Assembly: GCA_947630955.1 (NCBI GenBank)
Contig: CANRJK010000001.1
Location: 1-40,339 of the forward strand
Direction of reading: 5' to 3'
From: an uncultured Bacilli bacterium
Lineage (GTDB): Bacteria > Bacillota_I > Bacilli_A > RF39 > UBA660
Length of the DNA stretch: 40,339 nucleotides
The position numbers and the translations under genes were made by a program. How positions within the stretch are numbered: the stretch's first letter is position 1; every line of letters starts with the position of its first letter. Positions 15,478 to 25,560 of this stretch are shown piece after piece. The notes beneath the pieces are model-generated. The model was not told where the DNA came from. It worked only from the letters and a program-made list of their open reading frames with translations, and made no database searches.

Positions 15478-16650
15478 ATGATGAAAAAGTTAATCTTAAT
15501 TAAATATGGAGAACTTACAACCAAAAAAGGGAATCGTAATTTATTTATTAAATTGTTAGTTAAAAATATTAATTCATTATTAAAAAATGTCGATTATAAA
15601 ATAAAATATGATCGTGTTAGAATGTATATTGAAGCTGATGATATTGATTTAGTTATTCAAAAATTAAATAATGTTTTTGGTATTCATAGTATAGTAAAAT
15701 GCTACAAGGTAAATACTAATATTGATGAGATAAAACAGTCTTTGATAACGGTTTTAAATGATATTAAATTTGATACTTTTAAAGTTGAAACTAAAAGAGC
15801 TGACAAATCATTTCCTATTTCTAGTATGGAATTTAGTAGGATGATGGGAGCTTATATTTTAAAAAATGTTAATAGTAAAGTTGATGTTCATCACCCGGAT
15901 TTAGTTGTTAAAATAGAAATTAGAACGGAAGCAACTTATATCTATACTGATGAGATTATGGGATTAGGTGGATATCCTGTAGGTGTTCAAGGTACAGGTC
16001 TTTTAATGTTAAGTGGTGGAATAGATTCACCAGTTGCTGGTTTCTTGTCATTAAAAAGAGGTGTTGATTTAGAGTGCCTATATTTTGAGTCACCACCACA
16101 TACAAGTATAATGGCAAAAAATAAAGTTATTAAGTTAGCTTCAATTATTAATTGTTATTCTGGTAATATTAAAGTTAATGTAGTTCCTTTTACAAAAATT
16201 CAAGAAGCAATATATAAAAATGTTGATGAAAGTTATGTTATTACTATTATGCGCAGAATGATGTATCGTATAGCTCATGAAGTCGTAAAAAGAAAAAATT
16301 TAAATGTTATTATTAATGGTGAAAGTATTGGACAAGTTGCAAGTCAAACATTGCGAAGTATGAGTGTTATTAATGATGTAACTAATTTACCAGTTATCCG
16401 TCCTGTTGCTTGTTTAGATAAGTTAGAAATTATCGATTTAGCTTATAAAATAGGTACTTATGAAACTAGTATTTTACCATATGAGGATTGTTGTACGGTT
16501 TTTTTACCAAAACATCCTGTTATTAATCCTGTTTTAGAAAAATGTATTCAATATGAAAAAATGTTTGATTTTGAAAGTTTAATTGAAGAAGCTATTAATA
16601 ATATTGAAGTTATTAGTAATTTAGAAGAAGAAAAATCTGATTTGTTATAA
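15478..16650 (+). CDS. thiI: tRNA 4-thiouridine synthase ThiI (no rhodanese domain)
   Basis: THUMP-like N-terminus, PP-loop SGGIDSPVA, about 390 aa as in Bacillus ThiI. Confidence 0.9.
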   Translation: MMKKLILIKYGELTTKKGNRNLFIKLLVKNINSLLKNVDYKIKYDRVRMYIEADDIDLVIQKLNNVFGIHSIVKCYKVNTNIDEIKQSLITVLNDIKFDTFKVETKRADKSFPISSMEFSRMMGAYILKNVNSKVDVHHPDLVVKIEIRTEATYIYTDEIMGLGGYPVGVQGTGLLMLSGGIDSPVAGFLSLKRGVDLECLYFESPPHTSIMAKNKVIKLASIINCYSGNIKVNVVPFTKIQEAIYKNVDESYVITIMRRMMYRIAHEVVKRKNLNVIINGESIGQVASQTLRSMSVINDVTNLPVIRPVACLDKLEIIDLAYKIGTYETSILPYEDCCTVFLPKHPVINPVLEKCIQYEKMFDFESLIEEAINNIEVISNLEEEKSDLL

Positions 16651-16664
16651 CCAAAAATTACCAT

Positions 16665-16693
16665 GTATTAAATTGTATTTCCTTCACATTCTA
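16665..16693 (+). promoter_or_regulatory. candidate forespore (sigma-G/F type) promoter for the SASP gene
   Basis: GTATT (16665-69), 17-nt spacer, CATTCTA (16687-93). This resembles the sigma-G consensus GnATR-N17/18-CAtnnTA, but the -35 match is imperfect. Confidence 0.35.
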
Positions 16694-16716
16694 TTAATGT
16701 ACAGGAGGTGAATACA

Positions 16717-16920
16717 ATGAATGCTAACCAAAGTAAGTTAGTTGTGCCAGGTTCAAAACAAGCTATCGAAAAAATGAAATATGAAATAGCTAACGAATTA
16801 GGTGTTACTATGGGTCCTGACTCTACAAGTAGAGCTAATGGTTCTGTTGGTGGAGAAATTACTAAGAGATTAGTTAAAATGGGTGAACAACAATTAGGAG
16901 CCAATAATTATACAAAATAA
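16717..16920 (+). CDS. alpha/beta-type small acid-soluble spore protein
   Basis: [17 protein letters not shown] and [16 protein letters not shown] are the two conserved SASP blocks. AGGAGG lies 8 nt before ATG 16717. Confidence 0.9.
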   Translation: MNANQSKLVVPGSKQAIEKMKYEIANELGVTMGPDSTSRANGSVGGEITKRLVKMGEQQLGANNYTK

Positions 16921-16922
16921 TA

Positions 16923-16955
16923 AAAGATAGCCAAATTTTCTAGGCTATCTTTTTT
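16923..16955 (+). terminator. rho-independent terminator
   Basis: AGATAGCC / GGCTATCT stem followed by T5. Confidence 0.8.
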
Positions 16956-17004
16956 GACAAACAAAAACATATATGTTAGAATAACCCCACATGAGGGGAT
17001 TGTT

Positions 17005-18645
17005 ATGAAGATAAAATTTATAAATAAAAAAGCAATTAAATCTTTAGCGAAATTTATTTTAGTTGGAACTTTAGCTGTAGCGACACCAATAGGTATATCT
17101 AGTTGTAATAACAAAGAACAGATTGTAGATGATTTTAAAACAATAGATGTAACCATATCTAAAGATGATCATCTAGGACAGATTAATGATAAAGATAATT
17201 CTAATGGTAGTTATGAGTTTAGTTTAGTTGATATTACTGATTATGCTAAACAAAATAACTATGAAATTGAAGAATTAAGTGATGATACTAAAGATAAAGG
17301 TATTATAATTGATGTTTCTGTTGATAGTGATGCTAAGTTATATCAAAGAATTGACTATATTAAAGAAATTGTTAGCAGATATAAGATTACTTATCCTATA
17401 TGTTTAGATATTAATAGTTTATTTACACCAGATTATGAAGATCAATGTTTTTGGAGTTTTGAAAATAATATTGTTAAAAAATTTACTCAAAAATTAACAG
17501 AAAATGGTTGTTATGTTTGTGTTATGGGTGACCCATCAAAATTAGATTTGCTTACTGATTATAAATATAATGAAATAGCTGTTGTTTCTAATTGGGATTA
17601 TGTTGATAGAAATAAATATAACATGATTGTTTTAAATGGTGTTGTTAATACTTTAGGAACTGATTTTGCCAAAATGATTAGGGAAGAAGGATATAATCTT
17701 CCTAGTAAGTTTGTCGATGATTATGTATATAGTATTAAAGAAGGTGATACTTTATATCGCTTACAGGTAAATTATGGTTTAGGTGTTGAATCAATATGTG
17801 AATACAACAATATTAATGAAACAGATATTTTAAATATAGACCAAAAAATAGTTTTACCTAATGTTTATGGTAATATTATTAATTATTATTATAATAAAGA
17901 AAATAAAACCTTAATTGATACTGAACAAGTAAAAAAAGATTATTATATTGGTATTGATGTTTCTTTTTATCAAGGTAAAATTGATTGGAATACAGTTGCT
18001 CAAAAGGTTCAATTTGCAATTATTAGATCAGGATATGCTGCTAAGCTTGATTATAATTTTGATGAATATATGCAATCATGTAGTGAAATTGGTTTACCAC
18101 ATGGTGTTTATCATTTTTCTAAAGCTAGAGATTTAGAAGAATTAAAAGAAGAATTAGCTGTTTTGCTTCCAGCCTTAGAAAAATATCAAGATGTTTCTTT
18201 ACCTGTTTATATTGACTTTGAAACAGAAAGTTATGATAAAGAAGATAACCGTGTAAATATGTTAATAAATGGAACAAATGAAGAAAAACAACTTATGAAT
18301 GATATTATTCGTACTTTCTGTGCGACTTTAGAAAAAGCTGGTTATGCTGCTGGAATATATGTTAATAAAGATGCTATTCCTTATTTAGATAACGATATTA
18401 GATCTAAATATGCTGTATGGGCTAGTGGTGGTGAATTTTATAATCGTAGTATGGATTATGATAATATAAAACTTGGTTACCAATTAGATAAATATACAAC
18501 AGCTTTTCAAGTTTCACAGTATGGAGAAGCTTCTGATTTTGGCATTTATGATACTCATTATGTCGATATCGATGTTATGAATAAAAGTTTTTTAGATAAT
18601 TTGTTAAAGCGAATTAATCAAGACAAAGTTAAAACATTAAGATAA
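17005..18645 (+). CDS. lipoprotein with LysM domain and C-terminal GH25 muramidase domain
   Basis: Lipobox IGISSC. LysM: YSIKEGDTLYRLQVNYGLGVESICEYNNI...IVLP. GH25: GIDVSFYQGKIDWNTVAQKVQFAIIRSGY. Start at ATG 17005, behind GAGGGGA. Confidence 0.8.
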   Translation: MKIKFINKKAIKSLAKFILVGTLAVATPIGISSCNNKEQIVDDFKTIDVTISKDDHLGQINDKDNSNGSYEFSLVDITDYAKQNNYEIEELSDDTKDKGIIIDVSVDSDAKLYQRIDYIKEIVSRYKITYPICLDINSLFTPDYEDQCFWSFENNIVKKFTQKLTENGCYVCVMGDPSKLDLLTDYKYNEIAVVSNWDYVDRNKYNMIVLNGVVNTLGTDFAKMIREEGYNLPSKFVDDYVYSIKEGDTLYRLQVNYGLGVESICEYNNINETDILNIDQKIVLPNVYGNIINYYYNKENKTLIDTEQVKKDYYIGIDVSFYQGKIDWNTVAQKVQFAIIRSGYAAKLDYNFDEYMQSCSEIGLPHGVYHFSKARDLEELKEELAVLLPALEKYQDVSLPVYIDFETESYDKEDNRVNMLINGTNEEKQLMNDIIRTFCATLEKAGYAAGIYVNKDAIPYLDNDIRSKYAVWASGGEFYNRSMDYDNIKLGYQLDKYTTAFQVSQYGEASDFGIYDTHYVDIDVMNKSFLDNLLKRINQDKVKTLR

Positions 18646-18666
18646 AAGGATTATTCCTTTTTTTTC
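18644..18666 (+). terminator. rho-independent terminator
   Basis: AAAAGGA / TCCTTTT stem with loop TTAT, followed by a T-run. Confidence 0.75.
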
Positions 18667-18715
18667 TTGATAAAAATAATGATATATGATACCATTTAGT
18701 AATGGAAGTGGTTGT

Positions 18716-20131
18716 ATGAATTTACCAGATTTAAAAGAAGCTCGTAAAAGAACTAACAAAGAAATATTAGTTAAAACTAATGATTATATTGTTAAAGAAA
18801 ATTTAAAAGAACTTGGTTTAGGTAAAAAATATTACATTAAGACTTATGGATGCCAGATGAATGTTCACGATTCAGAAAATATAAAAGCTATTTTAGAAGA
18901 TATGTCTTTTGAAGAAACTGATAAGTTTGAAGATGCAGATTTGATTTTGCTTAATACTTGTGCGATTAGGGAGAATGCTCATAATAAGGTTTTTGGTTTT
19001 TTAGGACGTGTTAAACATTTAAAAGAAAAAAAGCCACATATTATTAGTGGTATATGTGGTTGTATGGCTCAAGAAGAAAATGTTGTTCAAAAAATAAAAG
19101 ATAAGTATAAATGGGTTGATATTATCTTTGGTACACATAATATTTATAATTTACCAAATATTTTATTTAATAGTATGACAAGAAAAGAACAAGAGATAGA
19201 AGTTTTTAGTATTGAAGGGGATGTTTTAGAAAATCTTCCTGTCAAACGAGATTCTAAATATAAAGCTTGGGTTAATATTATGTATGGTTGTGATAAGTTT
19301 TGTACTTATTGTATTGTTCCATATACTAGGGGTAAACAAAGAAGTAGGATGCCAGCTTATATTATTGAAGAAGTTAAAAAGTTAATGCAAGATGGATATA
19401 AGGAAGTAACTTTATTAGGTCAAAATGTTAATGCTTATGGAAAAGATTTAAATATTGATTATAAAATGGGAGATTTACTTCGTGATGTTGCTAAAACAGG
19501 TATTCCAAGAATTCGTTTTATGACTAGTCATCCTTGGGATTTTGATGATGATATGATTAAGGTCATTAGCGAATATAAAAATATTATGCCATATATTCAT
19601 TTACCATTACAAAGTGGTTCGGATCGTATTTTAAAATTAATGGGAAGACGTTATACAAAGGATAAATATTTAAAGTTATATGATAAATTAAAAAGAAGTA
19701 TCCCAGGGGTTGCTATTACAACGGATATAATTGTAGGTTTTCCTGGTGAAACAGAAGAAGATTTTGAAGATACTTTAGAAGTTGTAAGAAAATGTCAATA
19801 TGATTCAGCTTTTACTTTTATTTTTTCACCACGTGAAGGGACACCGGCTGCTTTAATGAATGATGATGTTACGAAAGAAGAAAAAGATAAGCGCTTATAT
19901 CGTTTAAATGAACTTGTAAATGAGTATGCTAATATTAATAATCAGAAATATTTAGGTAAAAAAGTTAAAGTCTTAATTGAAGGCATAGGCGAGAAGGGAA
20001 ATTTATTTGGTTATACAGAAACAATGAAATTAGTCAATGTTGATGGTGATAAATCATATATTGGCGAAATTGTAGATGTTCAAATAACAGATATTAAGAC
20101 ATGGAGTTTAGATGGAAAAATAGTTAAATAA
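18716..20131 (+). CDS. miaB: tRNA-i6A37 methylthiotransferase MiaB
   Basis: N-terminal CQMNVHDSE, radical-SAM CDKFCTYCIVPYTRG and a C-terminal TRAM domain. Start at ATG 18716, behind GGAAGTGG. Confidence 0.9.
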   Translation: MNLPDLKEARKRTNKEILVKTNDYIVKENLKELGLGKKYYIKTYGCQMNVHDSENIKAILEDMSFEETDKFEDADLILLNTCAIRENAHNKVFGFLGRVKHLKEKKPHIISGICGCMAQEENVVQKIKDKYKWVDIIFGTHNIYNLPNILFNSMTRKEQEIEVFSIEGDVLENLPVKRDSKYKAWVNIMYGCDKFCTYCIVPYTRGKQRSRMPAYIIEEVKKLMQDGYKEVTLLGQNVNAYGKDLNIDYKMGDLLRDVAKTGIPRIRFMTSHPWDFDDDMIKVISEYKNIMPYIHLPLQSGSDRILKLMGRRYTKDKYLKLYDKLKRSIPGVAITTDIIVGFPGETEEDFEDTLEVVRKCQYDSAFTFIFSPREGTPAALMNDDVTKEEKDKRLYRLNELVNEYANINNQKYLGKKVKVLIEGIGEKGNLFGYTETMKLVNVDGDKSYIGEIVDVQITDIKTWSLDGKIVK

Positions 20132-20157
20132 AAAATGTAGAATTATCTACATTTTTT
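20131..20157. terminator. bidirectional terminator between convergent genes
   Basis: AAAAATGTAG / CTACATTTTT, a 10-bp stem overlapping the stop of the minus-strand gene. Confidence 0.8.
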
Positions 20158-21232
20158 GTGTATCGTTTGGATTTTCATTAATAGGTTGACTTGAAATGTT
20201 ATCAGGTTGTGTAGCTTGTGGTGTTACTATATCGTTTGAATTTGCTTGTTCAACTGGTGCTACAGGTGTTTGCATAGGCGAAACCTGTGGCATCGATGGA
20301 TTAGGCATTTGTTCAACTGGGTTTTGATTAATTGGTTGTGCTGGTTGTGCTGGTTGTGGTTGTGGCTGTGGTACTGGATTTGTAGGTGCCACAGTTGGTT
20401 GAACAGGTTGAACAGGTGTATTTATAGTGCTATCTACTTGAGGATTAGGATTTTGTTCTACTGTTTTAGCCACAGCTGGATTTCCTTTCTTTTTATTACC
20501 ACTAATGATAACAATTACTACAATAACAACGATAGCAGCAAGAGCTATTCCACCATATAATAGTAATTGATTATTGCTAGTTTTACCATTTAACTCAAAT
20601 TCTAGTTCGATAGGTTTATTAGCGTTCTTTATTAAGTCCCAAGTTAATGTTTTACCATCATCTGAAACGCTTGTTGCGTTATGTTTAATTGGTTTATTAG
20701 GTAAACTAATAATAAATTTCATATCGAAGATAGAATCAAGGCTAACACCATTTAAGTCACTTGATGATGCTTGACTTGTTACATCATCAACATCTTCAAG
20801 CTTAATATTTAAAGAATATTTATCACCTTTTTTAACAAATAATTCTTTATTTACTAAGTCATTAGAATCAGAAATAGTTTCTGCTCCTTTTGAACCACTT
20901 ATATCATCAATATTTTTAACATTAGTGGTTAACTTATAACCTTTGAATCCATTTTCTGTATATTTTTCAACTTTGAAATTTTTAGATTCTTTATCAATAT
21001 CAAGACTTTCCTCTAAATATTTCCATTTGTCTGCTTCTGTATATGAAGCATTTGAATTATTATCATCGTCTGATAACATCATTTCAAGTAATTCATCATC
21101 CATACCGATGATAACTGATAAATCCATGGATTTATCACTTTTAATGGCCATATTATATTCAGCTTTCATTTTACATCCACTAACTAGTAAAACAGCCATT
21201 AATAAAACAACTAAATGTTTTAATTTTCTCAA
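20147..21232 (-). CDS. lipoprotein with C-terminal TM and Pro/Gln-rich tail
   Basis: Lipobox LLVSGC, TM LLLYGGIALAAIVVIVVIVIISG, and tail PVQPVQPTVAPTNPVPQPQPQPAQPAQP. The likely start is TTG 21232, behind AGGAGTG (MRKLKHL...). Confidence 0.7.
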   Translation of the reverse strand: MRKLKHLVVLLMAVLLVSGCKMKAEYNMAIKSDKSMDLSVIIGMDDELLEMMLSDDDNNSNASYTEADKWKYLEESLDIDKESKNFKVEKYTENGFKGYKLTTNVKNIDDISGSKGAETISDSNDLVNKELFVKKGDKYSLNIKLEDVDDVTSQASSSDLNGVSLDSIFDMKFIISLPNKPIKHNATSVSDDGKTLTWDLIKNANKPIELEFELNGKTSNNQLLLYGGIALAAIVVIVVIVIISGNKKKGNPAVAKTVEQNPNPQVDSTINTPVQPVQPTVAPTNPVPQPQPQPAQPAQPINQNPVEQMPNPSMPQVSPMQTPVAPVEQANSNDIVTPQATQPDNISSQPINENPNDTQKM

Positions 21233-21415
21233 TATACTCACTCCTATTCTTAACACCATTTTAACATATTTATTCTTAAATGGCTTTAAAAATTACATAA
21301 AAGATAAAATTTTTGTCAAATTTAGTAATTAATAAGTTAGAAAAAAGATAAAAAATAATATAATGAAAATCTTTATGTTTAAAGTTATACATGCTATAAT
21401 GAGTAGGGAGGGTAT

Positions 21416-22192
21416 ATGAAAAAGTGTTTAAAATATCTTGGATTATTAATAACTTTATCTTTAATCTTAACTGGTTGTGGTAATGATGATGCTAAAAAAC
21501 AGTTAGATTCTGCGATTAAAAAGATGGAAAGTGTAAAATCATTAGCGGCGACGGCTGATATTGAATTAACAACTGAGGCTTCTGATGATACAATGAGTAT
21601 GATTTTTAATGTTGATGGAACTTATTATACTGATGATAAGGTTAATACATCACATGCTAAAATTAAAGCTTCTCTTTTAGGAACAAGTAATGAGACAGAA
21701 ACTTATACTGAACTTAAAGATGGTTATTTATATAATTATACAAAAGATAATGATGGATGGGTTTATACAAAAACAAAGACGCCAACTAATATTAATAATC
21801 CTAAAGAGCAAGTTGTTGGTATTGTAAAACAATTTACTAAAGTTAGAAAACAAAAATCTGATAAAAAGGGTTACGATAAATTAGTTGTTACTATCGATAA
21901 AGATAAATTATCTAAAGTATTAGATAGTGGTTTTTTAGATAGTCTTACTGATTCATCAACTAGTGATTTAAATATTTCAGAAGATTTAGTAATTGATGTT
22001 TATTTAAAAGATGATTATATTTCTATAGTGGTTTTTGATTTAAGTGACTTATTTAGTGATGCTATGGATGCTAATGGATTAACTGGTGATATTAAAATGA
22101 CGGTAACTTTAAAGTTAGATAAGTATAATCAAGTTTCTAAAATAACTATTCCAGAAGAAATAATTAAGACCTCTAAACAACAAGATAGTTAA
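21416..22192 (+). CDS. hypothetical lipoprotein
   Basis: Lipobox LILTGCGN. RBS GGGAGGG. TGcTATAAT -10 at 21391-99. Confidence 0.7.
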   Translation: MKKCLKYLGLLITLSLILTGCGNDDAKKQLDSAIKKMESVKSLAATADIELTTEASDDTMSMIFNVDGTYYTDDKVNTSHAKIKASLLGTSNETETYTELKDGYLYNYTKDNDGWVYTKTKTPTNINNPKEQVVGIVKQFTKVRKQKSDKKGYDKLVVTIDKDKLSKVLDSGFLDSLTDSSTSDLNISEDLVIDVYLKDDYISIVVFDLSDLFSDAMDANGLTGDIKMTVTLKLDKYNQVSKITIPEEIIKTSKQQDS

Positions 22193-22195
22193 AAG

Positions 22196-22221
22196 CAAAG
22201 AGTTAATTCTTTGTTTTTTTT
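22196..22221 (+). terminator. rho-independent terminator
   Basis: CAAAGA / TCTTTG stem followed by T8. Confidence 0.7.
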
Positions 22222-22224
22222 AGT

Positions 22225-22251
22225 ACTTTTTTTTTATTTATGCATATATTA
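22225..22251 (+). promoter_or_regulatory. candidate mother-cell (sigma-K/E type) promoter for cotE
   Basis: AC (22225-26), 16-nt spacer, CATATATTA (22243-51). This fits the sigma-K pattern AC-N16/17-CATAnnnTA. By eye only. Confidence 0.35.
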
Positions 22252-22268
22252 AAGTGAGGAGTGATAGA

Positions 22269-22799
22269 ATGGCCCTATATAAGGAGATTGTAACAAAAGC
22301 AATAATTGGTAAAGGTAAGAAGTCTTTTAAGAATAATTACTCAATCGATGTTGAGGAAAAACCAGATACAATATTAGGTTGTTGGGTTATAAATCATCAA
22401 TTCGATGGATATAAAGCGGGAGATAAAGTTGGTGTTAAAGGAAATTTTGATATAAATATTTGGTATTCTTATGATAATAATCAAAAAACAACGGTTGCAA
22501 CTAAAAATATTGAATACGATGATACTTTTAATATAAAATTACGACAAGATGCTGATATTGATGGTGATACAGATATTATTGTAAGAAGTTTATATCAACC
22601 AAATTGTTCTAATGTTGATATTGACAATCAAGTTATTAAATTTGAAATTGATAAAGAATTAGGTATAGAAATAGTTGGTGAAACAAAGGTTAAGATTGCC
22701 ATCGAAGAAGATGAAGATCCTTGGGATATTATTGATGATGAATTAACGGAAAAAGAAGAAAAAGAAATAGATAATGAAGTAAATGAAAATTATCTATAA
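22269..22799 (+). CDS. cotE: spore coat morphogenetic protein CotE
   Basis: YKEIVTKAIIGKGKK...ILGCWVINHQF...NIWYSYDNNQKT...QPNC...IVGETKV plus an acidic C-terminus, colinear with B. subtilis CotE as I recall it. ATG 22269 lies behind GAGGAGTG. Confidence 0.85.
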   Translation: MALYKEIVTKAIIGKGKKSFKNNYSIDVEEKPDTILGCWVINHQFDGYKAGDKVGVKGNFDINIWYSYDNNQKTTVATKNIEYDDTFNIKLRQDADIDGDTDIIVRSLYQPNCSNVDIDNQVIKFEIDKELGIEIVGETKVKIAIEEDEDPWDIIDDELTEKEEKEIDNEVNENYL

Positions 22800-22800
22800 T

Positions 22801-22846
22801 GTGTTAACCAAAAATAGTTGACACATCTTTTTTTTTATGATATTAT
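22801..22846 (+). promoter_or_regulatory. cotE terminator overlapping the rpsP promoter
   Basis: Hairpin GTGTTAAC / GTTGACAC followed by T9. TTGACA (22818-23) sits in the 3' arm, then a 17-nt spacer and TGaTATTAT (-10 at 22841-46). Confidence 0.55.
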
Positions 22847-22873
22847 TATTTCGTTAATTGATGGGAGGTTATT

Positions 22874-23158
22874 ATGGCAGTTAAATTAAGATTAAGAAGA
22901 ATGGGTGCGAAAAAAAGACCATTTTATCGTATTGTTGCAGCTGATTCAAGATCACCAAGAGATGGTAGATTTATTGAAGAAATTGGTTATTATAATCCAA
23001 TTGAAACACCAGCTGTTGTTAAAATTGACGAGGAAAAAGCTCTTGCTTGGTTAAGTGAAGGAGCTATTCCAACCGATACTGTAAGAAATTTACTAAGTCG
23101 TGAAGGTATTATGAAAAAATTTCATGAAGCTAAAATGACAAAGAAAGAAGAAAAGTAA
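22874..23158 (+). CDS. rpsP: 30S ribosomal protein S16
   Basis: [35 protein letters not shown]. Confidence 0.95.
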   Translation: MAVKLRLRRMGAKKRPFYRIVAADSRSPRDGRFIEEIGYYNPIETPAVVKIDEEKALAWLSEGAIPTDTVRNLLSREGIMKKFHEAKMTKKEEK

Positions 23159-23159
23159 A

Positions 23160-23402
23160 ATGAATTTAGTAGAATTAACTGAGTATTTAGTAAAAAATTT
23201 AGTTAAAGAACCAGAAAATGTATCAGTTTCTTTAGAAGAAAATGACAAAGAAAAAATTATTACAGTTTTGGTTTCCAAAGATGATATTGGTTCTGTCATT
23301 GGACGAGGTGGTAAGGTTGCTAATTCTTTACGTAATATCGTTCAAGCTTCAGCTTATATCAATAAATTAGGCCGTGTGCGTGTTAATATTGATACTAAAT
23401 AG
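23160..23402 (+). CDS. KH-domain RNA-binding protein (YlqC/UPF0109)
   Basis: IGSVIGRGGKVANSLRNIV KH motif. Conserved position directly after rpsP. Confidence 0.85.
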   Translation: MNLVELTEYLVKNLVKEPENVSVSLEENDKEKIITVLVSKDDIGSVIGRGGKVANSLRNIVQASAYINKLGRVRVNIDTK

Positions 23403-23422
23403 AATCAACTGATTCTTTTTTT
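23401..23422 (+). terminator. rho-independent terminator
   Basis: AGAATC / GATTCT stem followed by T7. Confidence 0.7.
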
Positions 23423-23594
23423 GTTTCCTAGATGTCTATTTTATGTTATAATGATATATAGTTAGGAAAATTAAAATGAACTATTTAAAAGTTATATTTC
23501 TTGATATCATTGTAAATTAGAATGTAGTGATTCAAATTTATTTGATAGGAATTTGATTAAAGATATAAAAAACGTCGATTTGGAGGAATTAATT

Positions 23595-24395
23595 ATGAAG
23601 CAAAGAATAATTAGTGCAGTAGTAATGTTGTTGATTGTCATTCCTATTTTTATCATAGGTGGGAATGTGTTTAAATTGGCTATTTTCTTGATTTCAATGT
23701 TAGGAATGAAAGAGTATTTAGATATTAAAGAAACGCAAAAGGAAATACCTATTTTAGTAAAATTGTTAGCTTATTTATTTATTCCTTTGATATTGTTTAC
23801 GATTTCAGTTAATGATAAGCAACAATTAGTTATTGATTTTAGAATTATGACAGGATTACTTTTAAGTCTTTTGTTACTCGTTGTTTTGTATCATAACCGA
23901 AAGACATATAGTATTAATGATGCTAATTACGTTTTTATGGGGGTTATGTTTTTAGGACTTGTTATGTCTTTATTTAATACTTATTTTGAGTTAAATAGAT
24001 ATTTACTAATTTATTTAATTTTAATAACTGTTATTACCGATACGTTTGCTTTCTTTTGCGGAATGTTAGTTGGTAAGCATAAATTATTAGAAGTTGTTTC
24101 ACCTAAAAAGACTTGGGAAGGTTTATTTTGGGGTTCAGTTTTTGGTGTGTTTACGTCAACTTGTTTTTATATAACAGTTGTTGACCCATCAGCTAATCTA
24201 GGTTTTGTTATTTTTGGGACCTTGATTTTATCAATTATTGGTCAGTGTGGTGATTTGTTCTTTTCCGCTGTTAAAAGATACTTTGGAAAAAAAGATTTTT
24301 CTAATTTAATGCCAGGTCATGGCGGAATTTTAGATCGTTTGGATAGTTTAATTTTTGTTCTTTTAGCTTATAGCTTTTTTCTAGATATTTTATAG
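23595..24395 (+). CDS. cdsA: phosphatidate cytidylyltransferase
   Basis: Signature SAVKRYFGKKDFSNLMPGHGGILDRLDS in a polytopic membrane protein. ATG 23595 lies behind GGAGGA. Confidence 0.9.
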   Translation: MKQRIISAVVMLLIVIPIFIIGGNVFKLAIFLISMLGMKEYLDIKETQKEIPILVKLLAYLFIPLILFTISVNDKQQLVIDFRIMTGLLLSLLLLVVLYHNRKTYSINDANYVFMGVMFLGLVMSLFNTYFELNRYLLIYLILITVITDTFAFFCGMLVGKHKLLEVVSPKKTWEGLFWGSVFGVFTSTCFYITVVDPSANLGFVIFGTLILSIIGQCGDLFFSAVKRYFGKKDFSNLMPGHGGILDRLDSLIFVLLAYSFFLDIL

Positions 24396-24403
24396 GAGGA
24401 ATT

Positions 24404-25480
24404 ATGTTAACATTAATATATTTTATTTTAATATTAGGCATTGTTGTTTTTATTCATGAATTAGGTCATTTTATCTTTGCTAAAAAAGCTGGCGTTTACG
24501 TTTATGAATTTAGTATAGGTATGGGTCCTAAAATATTAAAATACCATCGTAAAAAGAAAGTTAAAGGTAAAGATGGTAAAATAACTTATGTTGATGATGA
24601 AACTGATTATTGTTTACGCTTATTTCCAATTGGTGGCTTTGTTCAAATGGCTGGTGAGGAAGTAGAAGTAGATGAAAAAATACCAGTTTCTAAACGTCTT
24701 CAATCAAAAAAATGGTATCAGCGTTTTATGGTTATGGTTGCCGGCGTTATGAACAATTTTATTCTAGCTTTTGTTGTTTTGCTTATTATTGGTTGGACGA
24801 ATACAGTTAGTTTAAATTCAACTAAGTTAACTGATATAAATAAAGAATTATACCCAACATTAGCTGAGGGTGATGTTGTTGTTAGTGTAGCTGGTAAAAA
24901 AATTCAAAATTATGATCGCCTAGCTTTAGAATTACAAATTTGTGGAACTAAAGAGTTTAAAATGAAAGTAAAACACCAAAATGGTGATTATGAAGTTGTT
25001 AAGGTAAAACCTGAAGAAGTAAAAGATAAAAAAGGCGATTTAAAGGGCTATAAGTATGGCTTTTATATTACAGGAACAGAAGAAAAAGGTTTTCTAGCTG
25101 GCATTAAATATGCCTTTGGTAAGTTTGTTAGTATTATTGAGCAGATGTTTTTAACGGTATGGTATTTAATAACTGGTAAAATTAGTTTAAAATTATTATC
25201 TGGACCAGTTGGTATTTACGAGGTTGTTGGCCAAGCATCAAAGCAAGGTTTTTCAACAGTCTTATCATTAATAGCGTTATTAAATATAAATGTTGGTGTT
25301 ATTAATATTTTACCATTACCAGCTTTTGATGGTGGTCATGCATTATTTTTGATTATTGAAAAAATAAAAGGGTCTCCAGTTGATCCAAAAATTGAAAATA
25401 CTATCCATAATATCTTCTTTATCTTATTGATGATTTTAATGGTTTATGTAACATTTAATGATATTGTTAGATTATTTTAG
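24404..25480 (+). CDS. rseP: site-2 (M50) intramembrane zinc metalloprotease RseP/RasP
   Basis: HELGHF, an internal PDZ-like segment, and NILPLPAFDGGH. Confidence 0.9.
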   Translation: MLTLIYFILILGIVVFIHELGHFIFAKKAGVYVYEFSIGMGPKILKYHRKKKVKGKDGKITYVDDETDYCLRLFPIGGFVQMAGEEVEVDEKIPVSKRLQSKKWYQRFMVMVAGVMNNFILAFVVLLIIGWTNTVSLNSTKLTDINKELYPTLAEGDVVVSVAGKKIQNYDRLALELQICGTKEFKMKVKHQNGDYEVVKVKPEEVKDKKGDLKGYKYGFYITGTEEKGFLAGIKYAFGKFVSIIEQMFLTVWYLITGKISLKLLSGPVGIYEVVGQASKQGFSTVLSLIALLNINVGVINILPLPAFDGGHALFLIIEKIKGSPVDPKIENTIHNIFFILLMILMVYVTFNDIVRLF

Positions 25481-25501
25481 CTAAGTTTCTTAGCTTTTTT
25501 C
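25479..25501 (+). terminator. rho-independent terminator
   Basis: AGCTAAG / CTTAGCT stem followed by T-run. Confidence 0.7.
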
Positions 25502-25560
25502 TTTATAGATGACCTAAACAAAATATTTTTTATCACATATAACAAAATAGGGTGACGCTA

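Noticed and set aside
16668-17156. Minus-strand ORFs 16668..16904 and 16908..17156
   Set aside because: They are antisense to the SASP gene and to the signal-peptide region of the LysM-GH25 gene. The sense genes have strong motifs and RBSs.
20246-20560. Trp/Cys/Leu-rich ORF, plus 20574..20774 and 20943..21332
   Set aside because: They are antisense to the Pro/Gln-rich lipoprotein gene. The repetitive CAACC/TGG pattern is simply the complement of the PQ codons.
23458-23520. 14-codon mini-ORF (MNYLKVIFLDIIVN) in the cdsA leader
   Set aside because: It has only a weak SD (AGGAAA), no obvious coupled attenuator structure and no regulatory codon bias. It is likely fortuitous in AT-rich DNA.
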